Below are positions 28,778-39,062 of a DNA stretch of 64,000 nucleotides, piece by piece. The first letter of the stretch is position 1. Each line of letters starts with the position of its first letter. The DNA is from Candidatus Ozemobacteraceae bacterium (lineage in GTDB: Bacteria; Muiribacteriota; Ozemobacteria; Ozemobacterales; Ozemobacteraceae). The stretch is from assembly GCA_965140445.1 (NCBI GenBank), contig OZ223236.1, forward strand, positions 4,224,001 to 4,288,000, read 5' to 3'. The notes beneath the pieces were generated by a model. The model saw only the letters and a program-made list of their open reading frames with translations, did no database searches and was not told the DNA's origin. A program made the position numbers and the translations under genes.

Positions 28778-29851
28778 ATGAACCATACAAAAAGAGCGAT
28801 AGCTCTTTTGCTTATTTTACCAGCCCTTGCACTCATTAGCCCCAAACTGGGTTTTTGTGAAATTTCTTCCTGCAGCTCAATCCGTAACATTGATGCAGAC
28901 TCTGCTTTGCAGGAATATGAAAAAGGATATGCCCAATACAGGAAAGGCAACTTTTCAGAAGCTGAAACACATTTTTTAGAAGCCCTTAAATATGAGCCAA
29001 ATCTTCTTAAAGCTCATTATTGGTTAGGCAAACTTTACAGAGAAATGGGAAAATTGCGTGATGCTATTTTCCACTGGGAAGAAGTTGAGAGACTCAATAA
29101 ACTCATTAAATTCAGAAGAGAAGCTCTTAAGTTCAGGAACAATGAATATCCTGCCGCAGGCCAGACATTAAGAGCACTCAAAGAGCAAAGAGATTCTGAA
29201 GAAGCTTTTGACAAAGGGTTACACCTCCTGGACAAGGGCCATTGGGACGGAGCAGAAGTAGAATTCCGAAAAGCCATCTCTTTGTTTCCTGGAAACAAAA
29301 ATTACTTAAGGATGCTTGCCAGGCTTCTTTGGGACAAATCAGAAAAACAGGCCAGCATAAAAGTCTACAGAGATCTACTTAGTCAACGAGACACTTCAAT
29401 TGAAGACTTTATTGAAGGTGTAGACAAAATTTTTGAAATAGAAATGGATTATCTTGCTTGTCCATTATTTGAAAAGCACCAAATCAGATTTGCAAATAAT
29501 CCAGAATTTGAGAAAAGAAAGAAGCGCTTTATTATTGAAGAAAAGATTGATATAGTCTCTGCGGGAAAAGTTTTAAAAAAAATGAAGGGGCAGGTAGTTC
29601 TCGACATGGGTTTAAGCAATGGACTAAGCCTTTCGGACGAGTTCAGTCTAACCTTAAGAGCGTTTAAAGCTGGTCACCCCATTAAAGATCCAAATTCAGG
29701 AAGAATACTAGGCCGAACTGAGGATAAACTCTCAGCAGACCTATTGATTACAAAGGTATATAAACATTCAAGCTGGGCATTAATTCGTAAAGAATTTGGC
29801 CCTGGAGTGAAAGCAGGTGACTTAATTGAAATCAAAGAAACAACCCGTTGA
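28778..29851 (+). CDS. Secreted TPR protein with FlgT_C-like C-terminal beta domain
   Basis: Signal peptide, TPRs, C-terminus 'GKVLK..GQVVLDMG..NGL...IKDPNSGRILG...VKAGD'. Confidence 0.65.
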   Translation: MNHTKRAIALLLILPALALISPKLGFCEISSCSSIRNIDADSALQEYEKGYAQYRKGNFSEAETHFLEALKYEPNLLKAHYWLGKLYREMGKLRDAIFHWEEVERLNKLIKFRREALKFRNNEYPAAGQTLRALKEQRDSEEAFDKGLHLLDKGHWDGAEVEFRKAISLFPGNKNYLRMLARLLWDKSEKQASIKVYRDLLSQRDTSIEDFIEGVDKIFEIEMDYLACPLFEKHQIRFANNPEFEKRKKRFIIEEKIDIVSAGKVLKKMKGQVVLDMGLSNGLSLSDEFSLTLRAFKAGHPIKDPNSGRILGRTEDKLSADLLITKVYKHSSWALIRKEFGPGVKAGDLIEIKETTR

Positions 29852-30302
29852 TGGAGTAAAAGTAGTTGCGGCGAATAGAAAAGCTCACTACGACTATTTT
29901 ATAATTGAAAAAATCGAAGTGGGAATAGCTTTGCTTGGCTCAGAACTGCGCCCAATTCGTGAAAATCGTGTCACACTCAAAGATTCATACGCAGAAGAAG
30001 TGAATGGTGAACTGTGGTTGTATGACATGCACATTGGTGCAAACCAATTTTCCAATAGATTGGATCACGATCCAGTAAGAAAAAGACGTCTCCTTGCCCA
30101 TAAACGAGAAATACTTAAACTCGGACACAAAGCTGAAACCTCTGGTATGACACTGGTTCCTCTAAGAGTGTATTTCAAAAAAGGAAAAGTTAAGGTTGAA
30201 CTTGCCCTTGTAAAAGGTAAAGCCAAATACGATAAACGGGACTCTATTGCCAAAAAAGACATGAGAAGAGATGTTGAGAGAGAACTTGGAGGAAGATATT
30301 GA
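29826..30302 (+). CDS. smpB: SsrA-binding protein SmpB
   Basis: 'NRKAHYDY', 'HDPVRKRRLLAHK.EI', 'GKAKYDKR'. Confidence 0.96.
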   Translation: MKSKKQPVDGVKVVAANRKAHYDYFIIEKIEVGIALLGSELRPIRENRVTLKDSYAEEVNGELWLYDMHIGANQFSNRLDHDPVRKRRLLAHKREILKLGHKAETSGMTLVPLRVYFKKGKVKVELALVKGKAKYDKRDSIAKKDMRRDVERELGGRY

Positions 30303-31912
30303 TGCTTGTAAGGACTTTAAAAAGAATAAGTCTTATTAGAATCCTACTAATTACTGCCATACTTTTTACTTCCATTGCAGTCAAAGCACAAGATGGGTAC
30401 ATAGGGGCAAAGAACTTTGCCGAATCGCAAAACATTGCCTATCAATGGTTTCCAATTCAAAAAATGCTGGTAATGAGAAAAGGTTTAAAATCAGTAAAAT
30501 TAAAAGTCAATGATCCAACAGCAATCATTGACGGGAAAGCTTTTCAACTTCCTGCTCCACCAAGGATACAGGATGGGCAGATTATGGTTCCTGCCAATGC
30601 GATTGTGAAAATTTTTCAGGGCGAAATGCCTGGAAATTTCACCCCAAGTCCGCCTAAACCAGCACCTGAAAAGCCCACTGACAAGCTTGTTAAATTTGCC
30701 ACAACTAATGCCACCGCCTTAAATTCAAAACCACCAATAATACCTTCAAATGAACCCAAAACAGTTACCCCTCCAAGCATACAGCCACAAAGCCTTTCTC
30801 AAGGAAATGAAAGTATACTTGTAGCCTTAAGACATAGTTCAAGAGAAGACCACACAAGGGTTGTACTGGAGTTTAATTCAAACGTTACATATTCCTCTGA
30901 ATTTCAAAATGGAATCTACAAATTAAGAATTTCCGGCTGCAAAAACCTTGTTCCAACTAAAAAAACTAATCCGGTTGGTAAAGATATTAAGAGCCTGGCT
31001 TTTAATAGCGGGCCTAATAGATCTGGCCTGGTTTTGACTTTTGGTGTGAAAAACACCAGGCAAGCCCCAACCATAGAAACAGTTGGAGGGCCTTTTAGAA
31101 TGATTATTTCCTTTCCATCTGGTGATGAGAAAGAAGTGCCAACACCCCCAACCCAGGAACCTGAGAAAAAACCAGAAATTCAGGAAGCGAAAAAGCCTGT
31201 TGTAGAAATAAAAGCAGAAGTTCCACCTGAAATTAATATCGAAGTTCTAGTTGCGTCACTAACAAGTGAAGCATTTCTTGGCCGCACAGTAGTTATAGAT
31301 CCCGGACATGGTGGAAGCGATTTTGGCGTTAGTGTAGCCGGACGAGGAAATGAAAAAGAAATTGTCCTTCATGTAGCAAACTACTTGAAACAAGCTCTGG
31401 AAAAACGCGGCTTAAACGGCGTAATATTGCGAATGAGTGACACAGAGCTAACTGCATCCCAAAGAATTTCCATTGCTAACAGAAATGGTGCAGATCTTTA
31501 CATTTCACTACATACTGGTGGTTCAAGCGATTTAACAAAATCTGGAGTTTCGTGCATTGTCTATGGAAAAGCAGGAACCGTTGAATCAGATAATTCAAAA
31601 TCCGGACTTGAATACATAACCGTATACGAAGATTGGTTGAAAAAAACTCGTTTTGACCTTGGAACTTATCTCGGGAAAAAAATTGAAGCTAGATTAAGAA
31701 AACATCTTCAGGTCGAAAGTCGCGGCTTAAAAGCTCTCCCTCTTCTCCCACTCAAATTCATCATGAATCCTGCAGTCCTGGTTGAAATAGGAATGCTTAC
31801 AGAAAAAGTTGAGGGTAAGAATCTCATTAGTTCTGGCTACCAAAAGGCAATAGCAGAATCCATTGCAAACGGCGTTAGCGACTTTTTCAATGGAATTGTC
31901 TTAAAGCCTTAA
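30299..31912 (+). CDS. N-acetylmuramoyl-L-alanine amidase (Amidase_3) with N-terminal stalk/AMIN-like domains
   Basis: 'VVIDPGHGG', 'EKEIVL', 'ISLH', 'PAVLVEIG' Zn/catalytic motifs; 'TRVVLEF' AMIN-like. Confidence 0.88.
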   Translation: MMLVRTLKRISLIRILLITAILFTSIAVKAQDGYIGAKNFAESQNIAYQWFPIQKMLVMRKGLKSVKLKVNDPTAIIDGKAFQLPAPPRIQDGQIMVPANAIVKIFQGEMPGNFTPSPPKPAPEKPTDKLVKFATTNATALNSKPPIIPSNEPKTVTPPSIQPQSLSQGNESILVALRHSSREDHTRVVLEFNSNVTYSSEFQNGIYKLRISGCKNLVPTKKTNPVGKDIKSLAFNSGPNRSGLVLTFGVKNTRQAPTIETVGGPFRMIISFPSGDEKEVPTPPTQEPEKKPEIQEAKKPVVEIKAEVPPEINIEVLVASLTSEAFLGRTVVIDPGHGGSDFGVSVAGRGNEKEIVLHVANYLKQALEKRGLNGVILRMSDTELTASQRISIANRNGADLYISLHTGGSSDLTKSGVSCIVYGKAGTVESDNSKSGLEYITVYEDWLKKTRFDLGTYLGKKIEARLRKHLQVESRGLKALPLLPLKFIMNPAVLVEIGMLTEKVEGKNLISSGYQKAIAESIANGVSDFFNGIVLKP

Positions 31913-31927
31913 AGAATAGGAAAAACA

Positions 31928-32578
31928 ATGGCTAATAAAAAAAATAAATCAAGACACAATCAAGAAGCAATATTATTCATTTTAATGGGTCTGATAATCG
32001 TGGGGCTAATTATTTCAGGCTATTTCCTGTTTGTAAGAAAAATTCTCCCTGAATTATCAGGAATGGCGGAAAAAGCGAATGAAATGCCAGCCAACGATCT
32101 TCCAAAGCAAGCCCAAACATCCAGCAAATCTTTTGATCAGTTTATACCAGAAGATGAAGCTGAATTAATCAGGCTTTACTTTGTAAAACCAGGCAAAGAT
32201 TCTCTAAGCTATGAAGCCAGGAAAATTCGCAAAACCAGTATGCTTCAACTAGCAGAGAAAATAGTTGAAGGTCTGATCTCTGGACCAGAGTTACCTGGAT
32301 TAATCTCATGCCTGCCTAAAGGAACTAAGCTTAGAGGGGTCTTTTTTGATAAAGGAACCTTTATCGTTGATCTTAGTAAAGAATTTAAGCAAAATCAGAT
32401 TGGCGGGGCTGTAGAAGAAATCCTTTCAGTTTATGCAATTGTAAATTCAATTACTGAACTAGATCCTAAATCCAAAGTAAAAATTCTTATTAATGGAAAT
32501 GAAGTAAAAACAGCGGGAGAACATGTTGATTTATCCCAGCCGCTTACCAGATTGGAAGAAATAATCTCAATGCAATAA
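31928..32578 (+). CDS. GerMN-domain membrane protein
   Basis: 'LISGP', 'LPKGTKL', 'VDLSKEF', 'VYAIVNSITE', 'VKILING'. Confidence 0.88.
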   Translation: MANKKNKSRHNQEAILFILMGLIIVGLIISGYFLFVRKILPELSGMAEKANEMPANDLPKQAQTSSKSFDQFIPEDEAELIRLYFVKPGKDSLSYEARKIRKTSMLQLAEKIVEGLISGPELPGLISCLPKGTKLRGVFFDKGTFIVDLSKEFKQNQIGGAVEEILSVYAIVNSITELDPKSKVKILINGNEVKTAGEHVDLSQPLTRLEEIISMQ

Positions 32579-32600
32579 AAAAAGCAATAAGCTGAAATAG

Positions 32601-32643
32601 AAAAAAGCGACTCACCATAAATTTTGGTAGAGCCGCTTTTTTT
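32601..32643. terminator. Bidirectional terminator between convergent GerMN and pilin genes
   Basis: AAAAAAGCGACTC-ACCA...TGGT-AGAGCCGCTTTTTTT imperfect hairpin. Confidence 0.7.
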
Positions 32644-32669
32644 ATTACTTAGTTAAACTATATTAGGTT

Positions 32670-33029
32670 TTATCCACCCCAAGTTGCAGAAGCACACTTG
32701 TGAACTGAGCAGTAAAATTTCACTCCGCTTGGAAGTCCTTCTTCGGTGCCTGGTACAATCTGATATTCACCATGACTAGGGCAAACAGGAATTCTTTGAT
32801 GCTGTAAATATGGTTTCAAATCTTCAAGACTCTTTGGGGTGCCTTTTTGCTCTATGTTGTATAGCTCAGCAGTCCTTGTCAAAAGCGAAGAGTACTCCCA
32901 GCATTTGCTTTGCCTTGCCCTATTGCGAACAGCAGAAAAATGCGGCATGGCAATCGCCGCTAAAATACCAATAATGGCAACAACAATCATCAATTCAATT
33001 AAAGTGAAACCTTGTTTTTGTTTTTTCAT
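32670..33029 (-). CDS. Type IV pilin / prepilin with N-methylation site
   Basis: Class III signal '[25 protein letters not shown]'. Confidence 0.92.
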   Translation of the reverse strand: MKKQKQGFTLIELMIVVAIIGILAAIAMPHFSAVRNRARQSKCWEYSSLLTRTAELYNIEQKGTPKSLEDLKPYLQHQRIPVCPSHGEYQIVPGTEEGLPSGVKFYCSVHKCASATWGG

Positions 33030-33143
33030 AACTTTTACTCAAATTGATTATACCGCGAGTAGAAATATTTTGCAAATCAATTCTCTTTCCTTTATTATGT
33101 ATTTTGTATCGTACAAAACCCATGAAGGAACTATATTAGGCGC

Positions 33144-34049
33144 ATGTTAAAAAAAACGTTATTACTGGCATTTGCTGTAGCCATAACCTTTGCTACAGGT
33201 TGTGTTCCTGACAACTATGCTTTTGACAGGGAAACCTGTAAAACTGGCTCAGGAAAAGGTGAAATCCTTAGCGCAACAGATATGGAACTTAATCGTGACG
33301 GAAATATCGTTATTGCCGACGCCGGAAACTCTAGATTTCAAGTATTGAAAACTGATGGAACTTTCCTGCTATCAGGGGGAGATAACGCCAGAAAAGGCTA
33401 TAAACTCTCAAGCGTTTCAGGTATTGGTGTAAACCCTATCACTGATGATATCTGGGTATGTGACCAGAAGGGTAACAAGGTTGTCAGATTTAGCCCGGAA
33501 GGTGAACCACTTTTAAAATTAACAGATAAAGTCAAATACCCCATGGACGTAACCATTGACCGAAATGGCAATGCGTTTGTGATAATGACGAAAAAACCTG
33601 AAATTTATAAGTATGATTCTTCAGGAAATTTTATAGAAAAAATAGGTGGTTCGGGAAAATCCGCACTGCTTTTCCCAACATCAATTTTGTTTGCAGATAA
33701 TCACCTTTATGTTACAGATTTTGGTGGAGCCAGGGTTTTAAAAATGACCACCAAAGGCGAGCTGGTTTCAGAATTTAAAAGCAAGGGTGAATATGAAGAT
33801 ATGCTTGGGCCATCTTCCATTCATGTAGACAAAGATGGAAATTTATATATCCTCGACCTTGGTGAAGTGCCAGTAGTTGTTTTAAAGGCTAATGGCGAAT
33901 TGATTTCAAAAATTGGTAGCTTTGGGAACGAAAAAGGAAAATTCCTTTATCCTCGTGGAATCTTAGCTCTGCCTAACGAAGAAATTCTCGTCCTTGATAA
34001 TAGCCGCAATTGCATTTTGACCTTTAAGAGAAAACCAGAAAACAAATAA
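33144..34049 (+). CDS. NHL-repeat beta-propeller lipoprotein
   Basis: Lipobox 'FATGC'; repeats 'IADAGNSRFQV', 'YPMDVTID', 'YPRGI'. Confidence 0.85.
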   Translation: MLKKTLLLAFAVAITFATGCVPDNYAFDRETCKTGSGKGEILSATDMELNRDGNIVIADAGNSRFQVLKTDGTFLLSGGDNARKGYKLSSVSGIGVNPITDDIWVCDQKGNKVVRFSPEGEPLLKLTDKVKYPMDVTIDRNGNAFVIMTKKPEIYKYDSSGNFIEKIGGSGKSALLFPTSILFADNHLYVTDFGGARVLKMTTKGELVSEFKSKGEYEDMLGPSSIHVDKDGNLYILDLGEVPVVVLKANGELISKIGSFGNEKGKFLYPRGILALPNEEILVLDNSRNCILTFKRKPENK

Positions 34050-34071
34050 ACAATTTTAGTAGGGAAACGCC

Positions 34072-35118
34072 ATGAAAATCTTCAAATATATGATTTACAT
34101 GGCGTTTTTTTCTTTTCTTTGCGGATGTGGATTTGTCGCTGGTGGCTACATGTGGTTCCAGGAGCAATCCAAATCTCCAGAGGGAAGTCAAAATTGTACA
34201 ATCCAAATTGCCCAGGGATCAAATACTCGGCAAATAGGCTACCTTTTAAAACAAAAAAGAATAATTAGAAGTGCGCTTCTGTTCAGGTTTTATATCCGAC
34301 TTCTTGCAGTGGACAATATTTTAAAACCCGGAACTTATAATTTTTCTTCATCAGACAGCTTGGATCAAGTTATACAAAAGCTATTAAAGGGAACTTCGGC
34401 AACGATTACCGTTACGATTCCTGAAGGCAAAACAAATAAAGAGATTGCAACAATACTCGAAAATGCCGGAATTTGCAGTGCCGTTGACTTTCTTGAATCG
34501 GTTTCTGATCCTCAGCTATTAGGTGAGGTATTCAAGGATTGGCCCTTAATTCCTGCAGCTGAAGGCTTGGCTTTTCCAGAAACTTACCAGTTTAATCAGC
34601 ATACAACAGCCTCTGTTGTTGCCAAAAAAATGCTGAAACTTTCTAATCATCAGATCTCTCAAATTTTTAGTTCGGAGCTTCCCAATGGGCTTACTCCCTA
34701 TGAAGGTTGCATACTGGCATCAATAGTGGAACGAGAAGCAGCTCTGGGTGCAGATAGACCCGTCATCGCATCGGTATTCCTTAACAGATTAAAAAAAGGA
34801 ATTAAACTTGAATCTTGTGCAACAGTTCAGTATGCTTTACCCCAATGGAAAGACAGATTGCTATTTGAAGATCTCAAAATAGATTCACCATACAACACAT
34901 ACATAAATCCAGGGCTTCCCCCCACCCCAATTTCAAATTTTGGAAGAAAATCCTTACTCGCTGTAGCTAATCCTGAACAAACTGATTACCTATACTTTGT
35001 ATCTGATGGCAATCGGGGTCACGTTTTTTCCAAGACTTTGAGAGAGCACAACCGCTCTAAGAAAGAATTCTTTAAAAATCGCAGAAACAGTAGGAAAAGA
35101 AATGAAAAATCCAATTAA
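34072..35118 (+). CDS. mltG: Endolytic transglycosylase MltG (YceG)
   Basis: 'TIPEG', 'EGLAFPETY', 'LASIVERE', 'SPYNTY...GLPPTPISN'. Confidence 0.93.
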   Translation: MKIFKYMIYMAFFSFLCGCGFVAGGYMWFQEQSKSPEGSQNCTIQIAQGSNTRQIGYLLKQKRIIRSALLFRFYIRLLAVDNILKPGTYNFSSSDSLDQVIQKLLKGTSATITVTIPEGKTNKEIATILENAGICSAVDFLESVSDPQLLGEVFKDWPLIPAAEGLAFPETYQFNQHTTASVVAKKMLKLSNHQISQIFSSELPNGLTPYEGCILASIVEREAALGADRPVIASVFLNRLKKGIKLESCATVQYALPQWKDRLLFEDLKIDSPYNTYINPGLPPTPISNFGRKSLLAVANPEQTDYLYFVSDGNRGHVFSKTLREHNRSKKEFFKNRRNSRKRNEKSN

Positions 35119-35926
35119 ACCTATTTTACTGATATTAGTTCTTGTTTTAATTTCAAATACAGCTTTCTCTCAGCTTCATGAAAACAGGATAGTATCTCTT
35201 GTACCTTCAAATACAGAGCTTTTATTTGCAATGGGTTTTGGCAAACAAATTGTTGGAGTAACCGACTACTGTAATTTCCCGGAAGAAGCAAACGCAATCC
35301 CCAAGATAGGTGGCTTAGAGCTAAACATAGAAAAGTTATTATCCTTAAAACCAACCGCTCTAATTGACCTTAACTTTATGCACCGCCGCTACGAACTACT
35401 TTTTAGGCAACTTGGTTTAAACTACATAAGTGTAAATATAAAAAACCTTACAGATGTTCCCACAGCGGCTATTAAATTAGCAGAAATAATGGGAGAAAAG
35501 GCCAAAGGCGAAAAGTTCTCCAATGATTGGAATGTTAAATTAAGCTCTCTTAAACTAAACAAAATCAATTCAGAGGTTAAAGTATATTTTGAGATTTGGG
35601 ACACTCCAATGCAGGCTGCCGGCAACGCAAGCTTTATAGGGGAAATAATTTCCAGCGCTGGAGGAACAAACATAGTAGATTCCGCCACAGATTTCCCTGT
35701 AATAAATTCAGAAATGATTATAGAAAAAAACCCGGATATTATTTTTATTTCATATCCACTTACCGATACAACAAGCATAAGCAAAAGATCTGGTTGGAGC
35801 TTAATAGAAGCCGTTAAACGCAAAAGAATAATAACTCTAAATCAAGACGTATTTGTACGCCCAAGTCCAAGAAACCTTGAAGCAATTGAGATTTTAAACA
35901 AACATTTTAAAGCAATCAGGAAATGA
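35102..35926 (+). CDS. Cobalamin/iron-chelate ABC substrate-binding protein (BtuF-like)
   Basis: 'RIVSLVPSNTELLFAMG', 'VGVTDYCNFP', 'RPSPR'. Confidence 0.88.
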   Translation: MKNPIKPILLILVLVLISNTAFSQLHENRIVSLVPSNTELLFAMGFGKQIVGVTDYCNFPEEANAIPKIGGLELNIEKLLSLKPTALIDLNFMHRRYELLFRQLGLNYISVNIKNLTDVPTAAIKLAEIMGEKAKGEKFSNDWNVKLSSLKLNKINSEVKVYFEIWDTPMQAAGNASFIGEIISSAGGTNIVDSATDFPVINSEMIIEKNPDIIFISYPLTDTTSISKRSGWSLIEAVKRKRIITLNQDVFVRPSPRNLEAIEILNKHFKAIRK

Positions 35927-36951
35927 AATCAGAAACACCCAAAATTTCTTCGGGAAATTTCAGTCTCGGGAAAACAATAGCAGGCGTTTTTTTACTTTTA
36001 ATAACGGTCCTTATTTGTTTGAGTATTGGGCCAGATGGCTCCGTCAAACTTTTAGATATTGAAAACATACAGAATCTGGTTAACGGAAACTGGGACTACG
36101 CAGCAACAATACTCTACAAAGTTCGTCTTCCCAGAATTTTTATGGGGATTATTGTCGGCGGCAGCCTTGCTGTGTCTGGGTTAGTTTTTCAAAACATACT
36201 CCAAAACCCGCTTGCAGACCCCTATCTGATTGGAGTTTCAGGTGGATGTGCCTTAGCGGCTGTATTTCTTCAGGTGTTAGGCTTCCATAACCCCTTTTCA
36301 ATTGCAATTGGTGCGTTTGTTGGCGGAATGCTTTCAATGCTTTTCGTTGAATTTATTGCTTCTCGAACCGGCCGAATTAATCGAAGCGTTTTAATCCTGG
36401 CGGGAGTAGTTTTAAATGCCTTCTTTTCTGCAATGATCTCACTACTTCTTATTCTTGCTGGAAGCGACATGGCGAGGATTTTCACCTGGCTTCTGGGAAG
36501 CTTAAATTTACCCGACACCACCCTACTATTTCCCACATCAATTATTGCAATAGTTTGTTTAACCTTTCTGTGGGTATTCAGCCATCAACTTGATATGGTT
36601 TCACTCGGGGATTTTCATTCTTACCACCTGGGTCTGAACCCTGAAAAAATAAAGTGGATCAGTATAATCTGCGCTTCAATTCTTACCTCAATCTCAGTTT
36701 CACTTGCAGGAATGATTGGTTTTGTGGGAATGTTTGTTCCACATACAATGAGGTTCATCTTTGGTTTCAGGCATAGCATTCTACTTCCGATGTGTTTTGT
36801 CGGAGGAGCAATATGTTTAATTGTTACCGACACAGTAGTGCGTGTCGCACCAACAGGCTCAGAATTGCCAGTTGGGGCTCTTACGGCGCTATTTGGAGGT
36901 CCATTTTTCCTTCTTCTTCTGGTTAAAAAATTCAGGAGTCTCAGATCTTGA
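35923..36951 (+). CDS. FecCD/BtuC-family ABC permease
   Basis: 'RLPR', 'QNPLADPYLIGVSGG', 'GMIGFVG.FVPH', 'ELPVG.LTALFGGPFF'. Confidence 0.92.
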   Translation: MKSETPKISSGNFSLGKTIAGVFLLLITVLICLSIGPDGSVKLLDIENIQNLVNGNWDYAATILYKVRLPRIFMGIIVGGSLAVSGLVFQNILQNPLADPYLIGVSGGCALAAVFLQVLGFHNPFSIAIGAFVGGMLSMLFVEFIASRTGRINRSVLILAGVVLNAFFSAMISLLLILAGSDMARIFTWLLGSLNLPDTTLLFPTSIIAIVCLTFLWVFSHQLDMVSLGDFHSYHLGLNPEKIKWISIICASILTSISVSLAGMIGFVGMFVPHTMRFIFGFRHSILLPMCFVGGAICLIVTDTVVRVAPTGSELPVGALTALFGGPFFLLLLVKKFRSLRS

Positions 36952-37742
36952 AAAACGATTCAAAAATCCAGGAAAAATTGCAGGTTATCAACCTGTCCGT
37001 AGCTCATGGAGGCAAATCAATACTTCATGACATATCTTTTGATGCCAATCTTGGCGAGTTAGTTGGATTGATCGGAACAAATGGATGTGGCAAAACGACT
37101 CTTTTAAACTGCCTCACTAAATTCAACAACTCTTTTAAAGGAAAAATTTTCTGGCATGGACAAGACCTGGATGGCATGGAAACACATGAAATTTCAGCCT
37201 TAGTTACAATGTGTGGAGATATTCCATCGCCTTTTTATAATTGCAACGTTGGCGAAATGATTCTTTTTGGTCGAAGCAGACATGCGGGATTTTTTGGCAC
37301 CTATAGCAGGGAAGATGAGCGCATAGCTCTTGAGGCTGCGCAGCTTTTTGAGCTTGAACGCTACCTTAACAGCAGCTTTTTAAACCTAAGCCAGGGAGAA
37401 AAACAAAGGGTAAACCTGGCAATGAGTATTTGTTCAAAAACGAGTTGGTATTTGCTGGACGAGCCACTTTCTCATCTGGACCCATATTTTCAGAAAAAGC
37501 TATTTGTTTATCTAAAAAATTTGGTTAAAGAAAAAAAATGTGGAGTCTTATCAGTCGTTCACAACTTAAATCTTGCCAGCCATTTTGATAAAATAATTCT
37601 GATAAAAAATGGACTTGTCGCAAATCAGGGAACACCGGAAGAAGTTTTAACCACAGAAATACTTAATTCAACTTTTGGCGAAAACGTTTTTTCGGTAACC
37701 ACCGACAAGCAAGGTAAAAACTTTAACTTCCTTAATATTTAA
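36948..37742 (+). CDS. ABC transporter ATP-binding protein (BtuD/FecE-like)
   Basis: Walker A 'GTNGCGKT', 'LSQGEKQRV', 'LLDEP'. Confidence 0.9.
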   Translation: MKNDSKIQEKLQVINLSVAHGGKSILHDISFDANLGELVGLIGTNGCGKTTLLNCLTKFNNSFKGKIFWHGQDLDGMETHEISALVTMCGDIPSPFYNCNVGEMILFGRSRHAGFFGTYSREDERIALEAAQLFELERYLNSSFLNLSQGEKQRVNLAMSICSKTSWYLLDEPLSHLDPYFQKKLFVYLKNLVKEKKCGVLSVVHNLNLASHFDKIILIKNGLVANQGTPEEVLTTEILNSTFGENVFSVTTDKQGKNFNFLNI

Positions 37743-37804
37743 CTGGGCTTTAAACGTTTTTGAAACCATGTTATCCTTCAACTATACCTAATTTGGGCGG
37801 GCCT

Positions 37805-39028
37805 ATGAAGACAAATCGATTCTTTATTTTTATTTTCGTTTTTATGATTTTTTCTTTTCCTCAAGTCAATGCCGAAGAAAAAGACAAGATAAACCCCGGC
37901 ACAAATAAAATGTGGGTTAGTCTTGATATTGCTTCTGATACAGCACTCTTTAAAATAAATCTCCCTAAGAACGGCCTGGTTTCAATTTTGTCTACAGTTC
38001 CTGGCAGAAAACAAATTGATCGATTATGGGGCCCAAGATATATGAACAAAGGAACTTATAAGCTTCCTATGCCAGCTGGAAGAGTAGTTAATCGCTCTGG
38101 TTTTGTTCAACTTTTTAATGTTTCTCTTAAGCCGGAAAAATGTGTAGGACAAAGAGGAAACGGCGAAAGACAGTTCAGCTCACCAATGGGAATTGATTTT
38201 GACCAATCGAGAAAAGAAATTCTTGTCGCAGACACAGGAAATGACAGAATAATAAGGCTTGCCGCAGATGGTAGATTTCTTAGTCGCTATGGCGGATTTG
38301 GCTTGTCTTTCGGTAACAAGGCTGACGAAGGAGAAGATAGCTTGGACGAGCCTTTCGACGTTTCTGCAGGCGGCTTTTCCAACTTTTATGTGTCAGATCA
38401 GAATAATGAAAGAATTTGTATTTTTGATTCTTATAAAAGCTACAAAGGTAACCTTTACCCATCCAGTTCAAATCGTCGAGATAGATTGGACAGGCCCAGG
38501 GGAATAAAAGTAGATTCCGAAAATAATATCTGGCTTGTGGATGGCAGAGCAGATCAAATTTTGAAAATTTCTCCAAACGGTGAAAAACTATTTGAACTCG
38601 GTGGATTTGGCTATAGTTCACAGAAACTTAAAGACCCAACTCAAATAGATATAGATTCTAATGGAGAAATTTATATAGCAGATAGAGGAAACGGTAGAAT
38701 TGCGATTTTTGATAGACTTGGTTCTTATTTAAAACAGATGAAAGACCATCTAAAATCTCCCACAGGTGTTGCGGTAGACGAAGACGGGCTTATATTTGTC
38801 TGCGACGAATCCACAGCCGAACTCGGTTTATACACGCCACGTGGCGTAAGATTAATGTATATTGGTGGCTATTCTGAAACAGAAAAATTCCGCAAACCAG
38901 TTGACCTTGCGGTTTCTTCAAAGCGCGTCTATATATTAGATTCCGGAAGAAACCAAATAGTTTTCTTTGATCGGCAAAAAACCTCTACCTCCGTCCCTTG
39001 GCAAGCTCAAGCAGGTATGCTAGAATAA
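37805..39028 (+). CDS. Secreted NHL-repeat protein
   Basis: Signal peptide; repeated 'P.GI..D', 'VADTGNDRI', 'IADRGNGRI'. Confidence 0.85.
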   Translation: MKTNRFFIFIFVFMIFSFPQVNAEEKDKINPGTNKMWVSLDIASDTALFKINLPKNGLVSILSTVPGRKQIDRLWGPRYMNKGTYKLPMPAGRVVNRSGFVQLFNVSLKPEKCVGQRGNGERQFSSPMGIDFDQSRKEILVADTGNDRIIRLAADGRFLSRYGGFGLSFGNKADEGEDSLDEPFDVSAGGFSNFYVSDQNNERICIFDSYKSYKGNLYPSSSNRRDRLDRPRGIKVDSENNIWLVDGRADQILKISPNGEKLFELGGFGYSSQKLKDPTQIDIDSNGEIYIADRGNGRIAIFDRLGSYLKQMKDHLKSPTGVAVDEDGLIFVCDESTAELGLYTPRGVRLMYIGGYSETEKFRKPVDLAVSSKRVYILDSGRNQIVFFDRQKTSTSVPWQAQAGMLE

Positions 39029-39062
39029 CCAACCATCATAAATAGCATTCGGGAGACAAACC

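Noticed and set aside
29826..30302. tmRNA gene next to smpB
   Set aside because: smpB overlaps coding genes on both sides; no tmRNA-like ends seen
3137..32578. Endospore formation inferred from SpoIID x2 and GerMN
   Set aside because: These domains are common in non-sporulating bacteria; no sporulation-specific regulators or structural genes here
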